A DNA stretch of 64,000 nucleotides. Source: Bacteroidales bacterium (lineage in GTDB: Bacteria > Bacteroidota > Bacteroidia > Bacteroidales > UBA7960). Of this stretch, positions 49,278 to 59,800 are shown in pieces. The DNA is taken from positions 32,483-96,482 of the forward strand of contig SLQX01000029.1 in NCBI GenBank assembly GCA_007131245.1, in the 5' to 3' direction. Within the stretch, counting starts at the first letter, position 1; each line of letters starts with the position of its first letter. The position numbers and the translations under genes are program-made. The notes beneath the pieces are model-generated. The model worked only from the letters and a program-made list of their open reading frames with translations, was not told the origin of the DNA and ran no database searches.

Positions 49278-51194
49278 TTAAACTCCCAGGCGTTGAATCA
49301 ACTTATTAAAATCACCGCTCTTTACAGGTTTTGTAATATATTCATCCATCCCCAGCTTAATATATTTTTCGCGGTCCCCTTCCATGGCATTGGCGCTGAG
49401 TCCAACAATGGGGGGGAGCGAAGTAAATTTTGTCCTGAGTTTTTGGGTGGCTTCTATGCCGTCCATAACCGGCATCTGGATATCCATCAGTATCAGGTCG
49501 TAATCGTGGGGGGTGAACTTTTCCAGGACCTGCTGGCCATTTTCAACCACCACTATTGTGTGTCCTAAAGAACTTAGTATGAGGGTAATCACTTTTTGAT
49601 TGATGGCTTTGTCTTCGGCAAGCAATATGTTCAATCTTTTCCCCGAAGAGGAAGATGTATTCTGTTTTGGTGTTTCTTTGGCACTTTCTTTGGCTTGTCC
49701 CGCCAGAAAAGTAAACCAGAAGGTGCTTCCATGGCCAGGTTCACTCTCAACCCCTACTTCCCCTTCAAGCAAAGCTGCAAGCTCTTTGCAAATGGATAGC
49801 CCAAGTCCTGTACCTTCAATTTCTATATTTTCCTGCTGATGAATTTGGGAGAAAGGCTTAAAAAGATTTTTCTTCAACTGGGGTTGAATGCCGGGGCCTT
49901 CATCTCTCACCATAACCTTGAAGGTGTTTCTCTGCGCTTTCTTTTGGCGCAGATCTTTGAACTCAAGGGTTATTGTGCCTGTATTGCTATATTTTACAGC
50001 ATTGGATATGAGGTTGGTAATGATTTGGAAAACACGATGCTTGTCGGCATGGATATATTTGGGTAGACTATGTATGCCCTTAACTTTGAATGACAGCGGT
50101 TTTTTACAAATGGAGAGAAAAAGTTTTTCAGCTCTAATTACAAGCTCGTTAACGGGGAAACTTTCAGGTTGAATTTTGATTTTGCCTGCTTCAATTTTGG
50201 AGTAATCCAACACTTCGTTGATGATATTTCGGAGGTTGCCTGAGGCAAATTTAAGCGTTTCCAAATAATCTTTTTGCGAATCATTAAGTGGTGTTTTTTC
50301 TAAAAGCTCCGTTATACCATCGATGGCCGTGAGAGGGGTTCTTATTTCGTGGCTAATTTGGGCAAGGAATTTTTGTTTGAACCTGGTCGATTCGTTGGCC
50401 ACCAGAATTTCCTGCTTGAGCTTTTCATTGTTTTTGGTTTCTGTAATATCTTTGATAATTCCGATGAAACATTTCTGCTCGGGGTAATACTCAGCCATGG
50501 AATGAACAAACCTAACCTGCTTGTCGCTTGCCCGCATAATTTCATATTCCACATCGTATGGTTTGCCGCTGTTTATGTTATGATATATTGCTACATCCAG
50601 CATTTTTCGGTATTTCTCAAGGGCCATTTTTCTGATAAGCTCAACCGGAATGTTTTCCTGGGAAACACCATATATTTTTTGTGCTTCTTCGGAGGCTTTA
50701 ATAACTCCTGTTTGCAGGTCCAGTTTCCAGTTTCCGATATTCGCAATTTTTTGTGAGCGTTTGAGTTGAAACTCACTTTCCTTAAGCTTGCTGAGGGTTT
50801 CTTCTTTTTGTCGGATGGCTTTTTTCTTTTCAAGGGCTTCTTTCACAGCGTAGGGAAGCCTGACCCGGCTGTCTTTGATAATGTAATCGGTGGCTCCTGA
50901 TTTCAGGCACTCCACAGCGGTTTCTTCATCAATAGAGCCTGTGTAAATGATAAATGGGATGAATGGGTCTGTCTCAAGCCCCGCCTTAAGTGCCTTTTTA
51001 CCATCAAATCCGGGAAGGGTGAAATCAGATATGACCAGGTCAGGCTTAAAATCCTTCATGGCAGCCCTCATTTGGCTTTCGGTTTCTACCCTCATGGGGT
51101 CAACACGCAGCCCCCCTTTTTTCAACTCCCGCAAGGCCAACTCATAATCCTCCTTCAGGTCTTCAACAATTAATATTTTTAAAGGTATGCTCAT
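49278..51194 (-). CDS. REC - PAS - HisKA - HATPase_c - REC hybrid histidine kinase
   Basis: 638 aa. The N-terminal receiver reads ILIVEDLKEDYELA...DLVISDFTLPGFDG...IIKD. A PAS domain follows. H-box is FLAQISHEIRTPLTAIDG, G-boxes are RDEGPGI / GTGLGLSICKE, and the C-terminal receiver reads ILLAEDKAINQKV...LILMDIQMPVMDG...ITKP. Confidence 0.92.
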   Translation of the reverse strand: MSIPLKILIVEDLKEDYELALRELKKGGLRVDPMRVETESQMRAAMKDFKPDLVISDFTLPGFDGKKALKAGLETDPFIPFIIYTGSIDEETAVECLKSGATDYIIKDSRVRLPYAVKEALEKKKAIRQKEETLSKLKESEFQLKRSQKIANIGNWKLDLQTGVIKASEEAQKIYGVSQENIPVELIRKMALEKYRKMLDVAIYHNINSGKPYDVEYEIMRASDKQVRFVHSMAEYYPEQKCFIGIIKDITETKNNEKLKQEILVANESTRFKQKFLAQISHEIRTPLTAIDGITELLEKTPLNDSQKDYLETLKFASGNLRNIINEVLDYSKIEAGKIKIQPESFPVNELVIRAEKLFLSICKKPLSFKVKGIHSLPKYIHADKHRVFQIITNLISNAVKYSNTGTITLEFKDLRQKKAQRNTFKVMVRDEGPGIQPQLKKNLFKPFSQIHQQENIEIEGTGLGLSICKELAALLEGEVGVESEPGHGSTFWFTFLAGQAKESAKETPKQNTSSSSGKRLNILLAEDKAINQKVITLILSSLGHTIVVVENGQQVLEKFTPHDYDLILMDIQMPVMDGIEATQKLRTKFTSLPPIVGLSANAMEGDREKYIKLGMDEYITKPVKSGDFNKLIQRLGV

Positions 51195-51209
51195 GATGTT
51201 TTGGCGGTT

Positions 51210-51653
51210 TTAAAGGTCGCTGCTTGTTTGGTTAAGAATAAGCCAGTAGAGCTTCAGGTCTTTGATAGTTTCAATAAACTTCTCGAAATCAACAGGCTTC
51301 ACAATGTAGCTATTGACACCCAGGCGGTAGCTTTCCACAATATCCTTTTCTTCTTTGGATGAAGTGAGCATCACCACAGGGATGGTGCGAAGCTTATCGT
51401 CAGCTTTCAGGGCTTTTAAAACTTCCAGTCCGCTTATCTTGGGTAGCTTCAAATCGAGCAATATAACCTTTGGGTAATTTTTTGTTTTGTGATCAGCATA
51501 TTTGCCTTTTGAGTAAAGAAAATCAAGAGCTTCTTCTCCATCCCAGAGATGAATCACGTTGTTGGCCACATTGTTTTTTTTTAATGCGCGCAATGTCAGT
51601 TCAGCATCATAGGGATTGTCTTCAACGAGAAGGAGTTCTACCTGATTTTGCAT
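51210..51653 (-). CDS. Stand-alone receiver-domain response regulator (no output domain)
   Basis: 147 aa reading LLLVEDNPYDAELTLRAL...VILLDLKLPKISGLEVL...PVVMLTSSKEEKDIVESYRLGVNSYIVKP. It lies 15 nt upstream of the next gene. Confidence 0.92.
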   Translation of the reverse strand: MQNQVELLLVEDNPYDAELTLRALKKNNVANNVIHLWDGEEALDFLYSKGKYADHKTKNYPKVILLDLKLPKISGLEVLKALKADDKLRTIPVVMLTSSKEEKDIVESYRLGVNSYIVKPVDFEKFIETIKDLKLYWLILNQTSSDL

Positions 51654-51747
51654 TTTGGGGAGGGTTTTAGATATTGTTTATACGAAGATAAGCACTTTTG
51701 CGTGTCATCTGCAATTATAACAAAAACGAGTTAAAAATACAATGAAA

Positions 51748-54700
51748 TTATCTTTTAAGGGGTATTGAAAAATAAAAAGTGGCTCCTTTGTTTTCTTCTC
51801 CTTTGGCCCACACACGACCTCCGTGCCGGGTAATGACGCGTTTTACAATGGCTAATCCTACCCCTGTGCCTTCAATGGTACTGTCTTTGTGCAAACGTTG
51901 AAATACCTCAAAGAGCTTGTGGGAGTATGCCGGGTTAAAACCCATACCATTGTCTTTTACATAAAAAACTGTCTCCCCTTGATGGGTGTATGACCCCATT
52001 TCTATTTTGGGATTTTGGGAGGAAATGCTGTACTTGATAGCGTTGGATAACAGGTTTTGAATGACCAGTTTCATCATATTACTATCGGCATAGGCATTGG
52101 GCAGGATGGAAACGGAAAATTCAACCTTGTCAGAACATTTTGCCGGACAAACATCCTGAAAAACGCTTTTGGCCATTTCATACATATTGGTATTATTTTT
52201 ATTCAGGTCAGCACGGCTGGTTCGTGAAAACTCAAGCAGGTCGGTAATGAGGGTGTCCATATTTTGGGCATTGTCCTGGATTACTTTAAGAAGGCGCATC
52301 CCTTCCTGGTCAAAAACTTGTTTGTATTCTTCCACCACAATTCTGGAAAAGCCTGTAATTGCCCTTAGGGGGGCGCGAAGATCATGTGAGACGGTATAGG
52401 TAAAAGCTTCGAGCTCTTTGTTGGCTTCTTCTAACTGGGAGGTTCGATCTTTTACCCGTTTTTCCAGTTGCATATTTAATTCCTGGATTTTTTGTTCCGC
52501 TTTTTTTCTTTTGGTAATAACCTCTGTGTAAAGGATGATACCGCCGATTTGGTTTTTAGTAGCGTACCATGGACGGCACTGCCAGCGAGTATAATCTTTA
52601 CTCCCATCCGCTCTTTCAAATACATCTTCCTCTGAGCTCAACACCTCTCCACTAAGAGACCGCTGATGAACTTTTTTCCATTTTTCCGGTATTTCAGGGA
52701 ATACTTCATAATGGTGTTTCCCAATGATCTCATTTTGGGCTATTCCATAATCGTTGATGTATCTTTCGCTAACAAACATAAAATGGAGGTTTTCATCAAG
52801 AACGGCAATGGCATTGGGATCGTGCCTGATGATATATTGCATCAAATCCTGCCACTCTTTTTGTTTTTGCCGGGCTATTTTTTCTTGTGTGAAATCCTGC
52901 ACAGTTGAAATCATGAAGTTTTGACCGATGAGCGGAATGTTGGTGGCTGAAATTATTTTTTTTTCTCCAATTTGGGTTGTAATATGAATGTCTTCCCAGT
53001 GCATTTTTCCGGGGTCTCCGCTTTCTATATCTGCTAAAACCCGCTTTTTTAGTTTGTTACGGTAGTTTTTATCTGGGTATACCAGGTTGAAAAAGTTATC
53101 AATATTCTTAATTTGCTCTTGCGGCCAGCCATAAATTTCTGTAAACATTTTGTTCATATAGCTTGAGATGCCGCTGTCGAATTCATTAATGGCTAACCCA
53201 ATGGGTAGATTGTCCAATATTTTCTGGGTAAACTCCTTTTGCTTGATCAACGAAAACTGGAATTCCTTTTGGTCTGTAATATCACGTCCCACACCAATTA
53301 TTTCTTTAACTTTTCCATCTTGGTTAAGAATCGCCGTATCAACCCAGGAGAGCCACCTCCAGCCGTCTTTTGTAAGGGCCCGCTGCTCCAGGTAGCAGGT
53401 GTAGGGAGGGTGATACAACTTTTCCATAGCCTGCCTGGTTGATTCCCGGTCTTCGGGATGAACGAGAGGCATGAAGGTTTTCCCCAATAACTCCTCCTGG
53501 GGTTTGTCGAAATACTTACAATAGGAAGGACTTACAAACAAAAACTTACCATCCCTGTCTACTTTTACAATCATATCCGATTGATTCTCTATCAACAGCC
53601 GATATCGCTCTTCGCTTTCTTTCAGTGCATTTTCCGCTTTTTTTCTCTCGCTGATATCGCGCCAGCTCACATGTAAGACTTTTTCCCCTTTGTAAAAAAT
53701 GGCTGTCAGCACAACCTCCAAAAACAGCTGTTCTCCTTTGGATGTAAGATGTACCCACTCAAAACGGTTGCTTCCTTTATCAAGGGTTCGGGACACCATT
53801 TCCCGTGCTTTTTCATCTGATTTTCTTCCGTCTGGCTGATAGGGGGGTGATAAATCCCAGGGGGTTTTGCCAATAACATCTTCTTTCCGGGTGTAGCCTA
53901 AAAAGTTTAGCGTTGCAGGGTTGCAATCAAAAAATTTTTGGCTTTTCAGCAGAGATATGGGATCGGTGGATTGAATAAATAAGCTTTTGAAAGCTTCTTC
54001 GCTTTCTTTAAGTGCTTTTTCCGATTTTCGCCGCTCTTCCAGGAGATCTTCCAGCATCTGGTTGGCAGACTCCAATATGCCGCTTCTGAATTTCAGCTCC
54101 CTGGTCTTCACAAATAACCTCTTGCGAAGGATGGTGATGAGAAAAGTCAATAAAACGATGCCTCCAAAAATGACCCAAAAGACCCAACTTTGGTAAAAGG
54201 GTTTAACAATGGTTGAGGCAGGCTTGAACCATTGACCAAGTCTTTGATAATAGAGTGAGCCGGGGTCGTTTTTCATGTTGCTCAGAGCATTATCAAATTT
54301 AGCTATGAGCTGACTGTCGATATGTGGACTAAAAGCAAAATGAAGAGAAGATGGGTGCAGGATTAATGAGCCGGGAATAATATCCTCAGTTTGATGTTCT
54401 GAAAAATAGAAAAACCTGTCTGCCAAAAGAGCATCGGTCTGGCCTTGTTTTAGGGCAATAATCGTTTGATCGTAATTGTCAAAGCGTGCCAATTGAAACG
54501 GGACTTCAATGAATTCTGTTAATCCTGCCTCCAGGAGTTGCTCCTGGCGAGAACCCCGTAAAACGGCTATGGTTTTGTTTTCAAGATCCTGAAATTGGTT
54601 TATGGGTTTTTGGGGTGTTGTGAAAAACTGCAACCAAGACTCAATAACGGGCACACCTCCATACCGTATAGTTTGGCTCCTGTCTTCTGTATAAGCAACA

Positions 54701-54963
54701 TCCAGTAAAACATCGATATCACCATTTTTGAGATTTTGCATATGTGTATGCCATTGGGAAAATACATAGTCAATTTCTAAATTTTCGGATTGTGCAATGG
54801 CATTTGTGATTTCCACAAAAAATCCTTCGGGCTGGTTGTTGTCCATATGTACTTTGGGCGGGTTTTGGTAAACACCTACCCTGATGGCGTTTTCAGCAAA
54901 GGAGGAAAAGGATGAACAAATCCAGAATGGTATAAAGAAGGCTATTAGTTTTCGGGAATTCAT
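51748..54963 (-). CDS. Sensor histidine kinase with a periplasmic solute-binding-protein (SBP_bac_3-like) domain, one TM helix, multiple PAS modules and a phytochrome-type H-box
   Basis: The ATG at 54963 gives MNSRKLIAFFIPFWICSSFSSFA (signal); the track start at 54990 is TTG. The SBP-like domain reads IRVGVYQNPPKVHMDNNQPEGFFVEI...DVLLDVAYTEDR...IAVLRGS. The TM helix is WVFWVIFGGIVLLTFLITIL. About 650 aa of PAS/PAC repeats follow. H-box is FTYTVSHDLRAPLRAI and G-boxes are KDNGMGF / GTGVGLAIVKR. Confidence 0.9.
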   Translation of the reverse strand: MNSRKLIAFFIPFWICSSFSSFAENAIRVGVYQNPPKVHMDNNQPEGFFVEITNAIAQSENLEIDYVFSQWHTHMQNLKNGDIDVLLDVAYTEDRSQTIRYGGVPVIESWLQFFTTPQKPINQFQDLENKTIAVLRGSRQEQLLEAGLTEFIEVPFQLARFDNYDQTIIALKQGQTDALLADRFFYFSEHQTEDIIPGSLILHPSSLHFAFSPHIDSQLIAKFDNALSNMKNDPGSLYYQRLGQWFKPASTIVKPFYQSWVFWVIFGGIVLLTFLITILRKRLFVKTRELKFRSGILESANQMLEDLLEERRKSEKALKESEEAFKSLFIQSTDPISLLKSQKFFDCNPATLNFLGYTRKEDVIGKTPWDLSPPYQPDGRKSDEKAREMVSRTLDKGSNRFEWVHLTSKGEQLFLEVVLTAIFYKGEKVLHVSWRDISERKKAENALKESEERYRLLIENQSDMIVKVDRDGKFLFVSPSYCKYFDKPQEELLGKTFMPLVHPEDRESTRQAMEKLYHPPYTCYLEQRALTKDGWRWLSWVDTAILNQDGKVKEIIGVGRDITDQKEFQFSLIKQKEFTQKILDNLPIGLAINEFDSGISSYMNKMFTEIYGWPQEQIKNIDNFFNLVYPDKNYRNKLKKRVLADIESGDPGKMHWEDIHITTQIGEKKIISATNIPLIGQNFMISTVQDFTQEKIARQKQKEWQDLMQYIIRHDPNAIAVLDENLHFMFVSERYINDYGIAQNEIIGKHHYEVFPEIPEKWKKVHQRSLSGEVLSSEEDVFERADGSKDYTRWQCRPWYATKNQIGGIILYTEVITKRKKAEQKIQELNMQLEKRVKDRTSQLEEANKELEAFTYTVSHDLRAPLRAITGFSRIVVEEYKQVFDQEGMRLLKVIQDNAQNMDTLITDLLEFSRTSRADLNKNNTNMYEMAKSVFQDVCPAKCSDKVEFSVSILPNAYADSNMMKLVIQNLLSNAIKYSISSQNPKIEMGSYTHQGETVFYVKDNGMGFNPAYSHKLFEVFQRLHKDSTIEGTGVGLAIVKRVITRHGGRVWAKGEENKGATFYFSIPLKR

Positions 54964-55282
54964 GCTGTCAATGGTTTTATTCAGGAACAAGGCTATGTTG
55001 TTAATGGATTTGTGGTGTTTTGCTGTTTTTAGTGCTTTAACTGGTTTGTTTTTGAGTATCTATGTATTGCAAAACTTACCTGTTTGTTACAACAAGTTAA
55101 GTTAACAGGTCTTCGTTAACAGCTAAATTAATTGAAATATTTTAAAACCTAAGCGAGTATGGCAAAAAACTTAAGACAGGAGAGTGTTGCTGTCAGACAG
55201 GTGTTGGAAAGTCATTGTGTAAAAAGGGAGTCCATCGTTGGATTTTTTTTGAACAATAGATGGGGGCTTAAACAGCAACCAG

Positions 55283-56702
55283 CTAGTTTGTTGCTAAAGG
55301 TAAACTGATGGTAGCCTGACTTTTCGTAGAGTGGGTGTTTTTCAATGCCAGCAAACCGCCAAGGGTCTCAATTCTGCTTTTAAGTTGATAAAACCAGGCA
55401 TGTTTTGTTATACTGTTTAACAGGGATATCCAATTAAACCCTTCTCCTTCAACTGTAATAAGTATGGTTAGAAACCTGCCATCATATTTTAGGCGAATAT
55501 GGATTTTTTCGGACAGGTCATGCTCCAGACTATGCGTTAACAAATAAACGGTAGCTCTGTAAAGCAAAACCTCATAAGCTTTGTCCTTTGCTGATATTGG
55601 TGTTTGGGCATCAAAGAGGATTTGTTTTTGGGTTTGTTCTTGTAGTTTTTGGGCCATATTTCGCAGGGCTGCCTGAAGTCCAAAATCATAAATGGTGGTT
55701 GGCATAAGGTCGTTGGCAAGACTTTTTACTTTTGACACAGCCTCATCCACAAGCTTATCACAAAAATCAACGGAGTTAAGGTTTAGGGTGCCGTCAGATT
55801 TCATGGTTTTGATTTTTCCCATATACATTTTGATGGAGGCTACCAGCGGACCTATGTCTTCGTGAAGTTTTTCTGCCAACTTTTTCCTTTCTGTTTCTTC
55901 GGCGTGCAAAACTGCCTTAACCTGTTTCTTTTCCGCTGTTTTGATGTCAGTTACATCTCTTGCTATGCAGTTAATGTAAAGGTTGTTTTTTTCAAAAAGG
56001 GTATAGCCTTTCAGGGTATGAAATTTAAAATCTCCATTTTTGTGGCGTATGCGATATTCCACTGTCAATTGCTGGTGCTCTGCGGTAAGGGCCTCATTGA
56101 TTTTTTTTTCTGAGGAGCGGTTGATCCGCTTCAATGATAAAATCATACAGCGGTTTGTTTATCAATTCGGCAGCACTATACCCCAGGTGATCCTCCCAAT
56201 TGGGTGAAACATAGTTAAACAATGACTTTTTGCAAAGCTTGATGAAAAAGTCACTGGACTTCTCCACAAAATTCCTAAACCTTTCTTCGCTTTCTTTCAG
56301 TGCTTTTTGTGCATTTTGCAATTGTTTTTCCCGGTCAATATCGTGCAGCAACTTATTAATGGCCTCGGGCAGCCGCTTATCGAGTGTTTTGTCTTTGATG
56401 AGGTAGTCAAAAGCACCCATTTTCATCATATCTACGGCAATCTGCTCATCACCCATCCCTGTTGAGACAATAAACCGGGGCATAGAAATGTCCAGTTTTT
56501 TGAGTTTTTTGAGCACTTCTTTTCCGTCCATGTCGGGCAGTGAATAGTCCAGAATAACCAGGTCGGGGGTGTTCTCCCTGAGAAAATCAATGGCTTGCAG
56601 CCCGCTGGTAACCACAAAAACTTTGTGCCCCATTTCTTTGATTTTGATGCTCAAAAACTCAGCTATTCCCAAATTGTCATCTATGATAAGGATTTGCTTC
56701 AT
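55283..56702 (-). pseudogene. REC - PAS - HisKA_3-type kinase gene interrupted by a frameshift in an A9 run
   Basis: ORF 56094..56702 (receiver plus the first half of a PAS domain) ends ...DQPLLRKKNQ*. ORF 55283..56146 continues the PAS domain in the +1 frame (...EKKINEALTAEHQQLTVEYRIRHKNGDFKFH). The two ORFs overlap across T9/A9 at 56101-56109. Removing one A fuses them into a 472-aa protein. Confidence 0.8.
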
Positions 56703-56877
56703 AATGAAGAATTGCAGCAGGAATGAATAATTTGTAGTTTGTTTAAAGGGGCTTTGTTACACGTAATCACTCTTTGGCAGTCATGGCGGCACATGGTTTT
56801 TCCCAGCGAAGTGAATGCCTTTTGTTTCCCCGTTGTTCTTTTTGATTTTTAAAAACCTCCCGATGTAAAGATACAGA

Positions 56878-59800
56878 TTAAAGCTTACCAAATTGGTTTA
56901 TTATTTTTTCCAGTTCATCGCTTTTCAAGGGTTTGGTAAGATATTCGTCCATTCCCAGGTTCATGTATTTTTCGCGGTCACCCTCAAATGCATTTGCACT
57001 CAGACCCACAACCGGGGGCAGGGATTGATGTTTTTCCCTTAGTATTCGGATGGCGGTGATGCCATCCATTACGGGCATTTGAATATCCATCAAAATAATG
57101 TCAAACATTTGGGGCTGAAAAAGGGTTACTGCTTCATGACCGTTTTGGGCCAGGGTAACCTTATGCCCCATAGCTGTGAGCATGAGTTTCACCACTTTTT
57201 GATTCACTTCCTTGTCTTCGGCCAGTAGTATTCTTAATCCGGTGGTGGATTTTACTTTTTGAATTTTCTCCACTGGCGGGGTTTTTTCAATATCAGAAGC
57301 ATCGTGTGCAACAAAAGTGAACCAGAAAGTACTCCCTTTACCAGGAGTGCTTTTAGCTCCAATTTCTCCTCCCATCAGCTCTGCCAAATCTTTTGAAATG
57401 GCCAGGCCCAGGCCGGTTCCCTCAAAGTTGCGTGTATCTGCTAAATCCACTTGTTTAAATGGCTGAAAAAGAGACTCCAGTGCTTGTGGGGCTATTCCAA
57501 TGCCTGTGTCGGTTACAGTGATTTTAATGATCCAGGAGTCATTATCAGGTCCCTTACTTGCAGAAGCCAGCATGTCTATCTTCCCATGGTCGGTGAATTT
57601 AACTGCATTTGAGAGCAAATTGTTGAGAATTTGCATAACCCTTTGCTCGTCGGCTTTTATAGTGGAAGGAACCTCCTGGCCGATGGAAACGTTGGTATCT
57701 ATGTTTTTTTTCTTGAAAGCGTTGCCGTGTACTTTGATGATGGCGTTAATCATCTCGCCAAATTGAAAATCAGAGGGTTTAAGTTTAACTTTCCCTGCTT
57801 CGATTTTTGAGTAGTCCAGTATTTGGTTGATGATTTCCCTTAAGTTTTCTGTGGAAAGTCTCAGCGTGTTAATATAGTCTGACTGGCTTTCATTGAGCGG
57901 TGTTTTGGAAAGGATTTCAATCATGCCCAAAACACCTGTAAGGGGGGTGCGTATTTCATGGCTCATATTGGCCAGGAAATTTTGTTTAAACTGGGCCGAT
58001 TTCCTGGCAATGGCAATATCATTGCGAAGGGCTTCATTGTTTTTACGTTCGGTAATATCGCGCATGATGCCCAGGATAAGATTTTCCTCTCCTATTTCAT
58101 TCAGCTGGTTGGTGCTTATTTCGATATCCCTGACCTCTCCTGCTGGAGTGTTCACCTGCATTTCGTAGGTGCTGGGAATCGGCTGGCCCTGTTTTCTTGC
58201 CTGGTTCCTTTCTTCTGCTTTTTTCCTGCTTTCAGGAGTGAACAAGCTTAAAATATCAAACTTTTTATCAGTAAGCACTTCAAAGGAGTAACCTGTGATC
58301 TCACAAAAACGTTGATTCACATATTCAAAACTTTTGTTGCGTAGCAGGTAGATTCCATCGAAGGCATTTTCTGTGAGCGTGCGGTAGCGTTTTTCTGATG
58401 CCTCCATAGCATCTTTGGCCAGTTTTTTCTCGGTGATGTTTTGATATGTGCCCAGCATACCAATGACCTCCCCTTTGCTGTTTCGTAAGGGGATTTTTGA
58501 GGTGTTGAGCCATTTGGTGCCTCCATGGGGGGTTGTTTGGACCTCCTCAAAATTGAGTTTGGGTTGGTTGTTTTTTATAACTTCCAGGTCGTCTCTGCGG
58601 TACTGTTCTGCCTGTTCAATCCATTTTTGCTGATAATCGTCTTTGCCAATAATATCTTCCATTTTTTCCAGGCCGGCATCTTTCAAAAATGCCAAATTAC
58701 ATCCCTTGTACTTTAGGTTTGTGTCTTTCCAAAACACCCTGACATCAATACTGTCAAGGATAAGACGAAGCATTTGCTGTGATTCAAGGAGGCTCTGTTC
58801 GGCTTTTTTTCGCTCCAGTGCGTTGTAAACCATATCGGCAAACACGCTCAGCATTTGCATTTCATAGTCTTTCCACGTGCGATGTGTTTTAACCGAGTCG
58901 AAACCCACAAACCCATATAGCTTTTCCTCAGAAATTATCGGGACCACAATCAATGATTTTACCCCCTGTGGTTCAAGGATTTTACGCTCTGTTTCCCATT
59001 CTCCAGGGAGCTTGCTGACATCATGGATAAGGATGGGTTCAAAGTTGTTAAGCTTTTTCATCCAATAGGGGATATCTTCACATGGCAGGCTTTGCAGGTT
59101 CTGTATTTGGGGTTCTGTCCCCGATGCAGTCCATTCGTGGGTGTTTTCAAGGGTATTGTTTTCCTGGTTCCAAATGAAGATATAGGAGCGATCCGTATTG
59201 CTAAACTGACCAATTTCCCTAAGAGCATTGTATATCGTTTCATCGTAGTCATTGACAGGCACATTTACAAAGCTGGATGAGAGCTTAGTGATTAGTTGGC
59301 CAAAAGTCTCCCGCTTGCGGATATTTTCCTCCAGCTCCTTTTCGTGAGTAATATCAATGACCACCCCTGTAAATACCACTTCATCGGGAGGGTTGAGCCT
59401 TGGTACAGATTCAAAGCGAACCCAATGTACCTGGTTGTTTTTTATAAGTCGGCCATCCCACTTGAAAGGCATTATTTTTTCAACCGACATTTTATTCACC
59501 TGGTAAAACTCTTCCCTTTCATCAGGGTGAATGACGTCCAGTATTACTTTGGGGTTTTCGCGAAGTGCCTTTTCCGACAAGCCTGTGATTACTTCGTGCT
59601 GCTTGCTTACAAAAATGTATTGTACCGGGAATTTGTTTTTTATATTTTGGAAGAGGGTCGGCCTGACCGAAACTCTGTAAATACCGGAAGGCTGGTTGTT
59701 TATAAGATCGTCAAGTAGTAATTCGTTTTCATGGCTCATGCGTAACAGGCGCAATTGCTGCTGACGGGATAACACAAAGCCCAGGGCTACAATACTTAGC

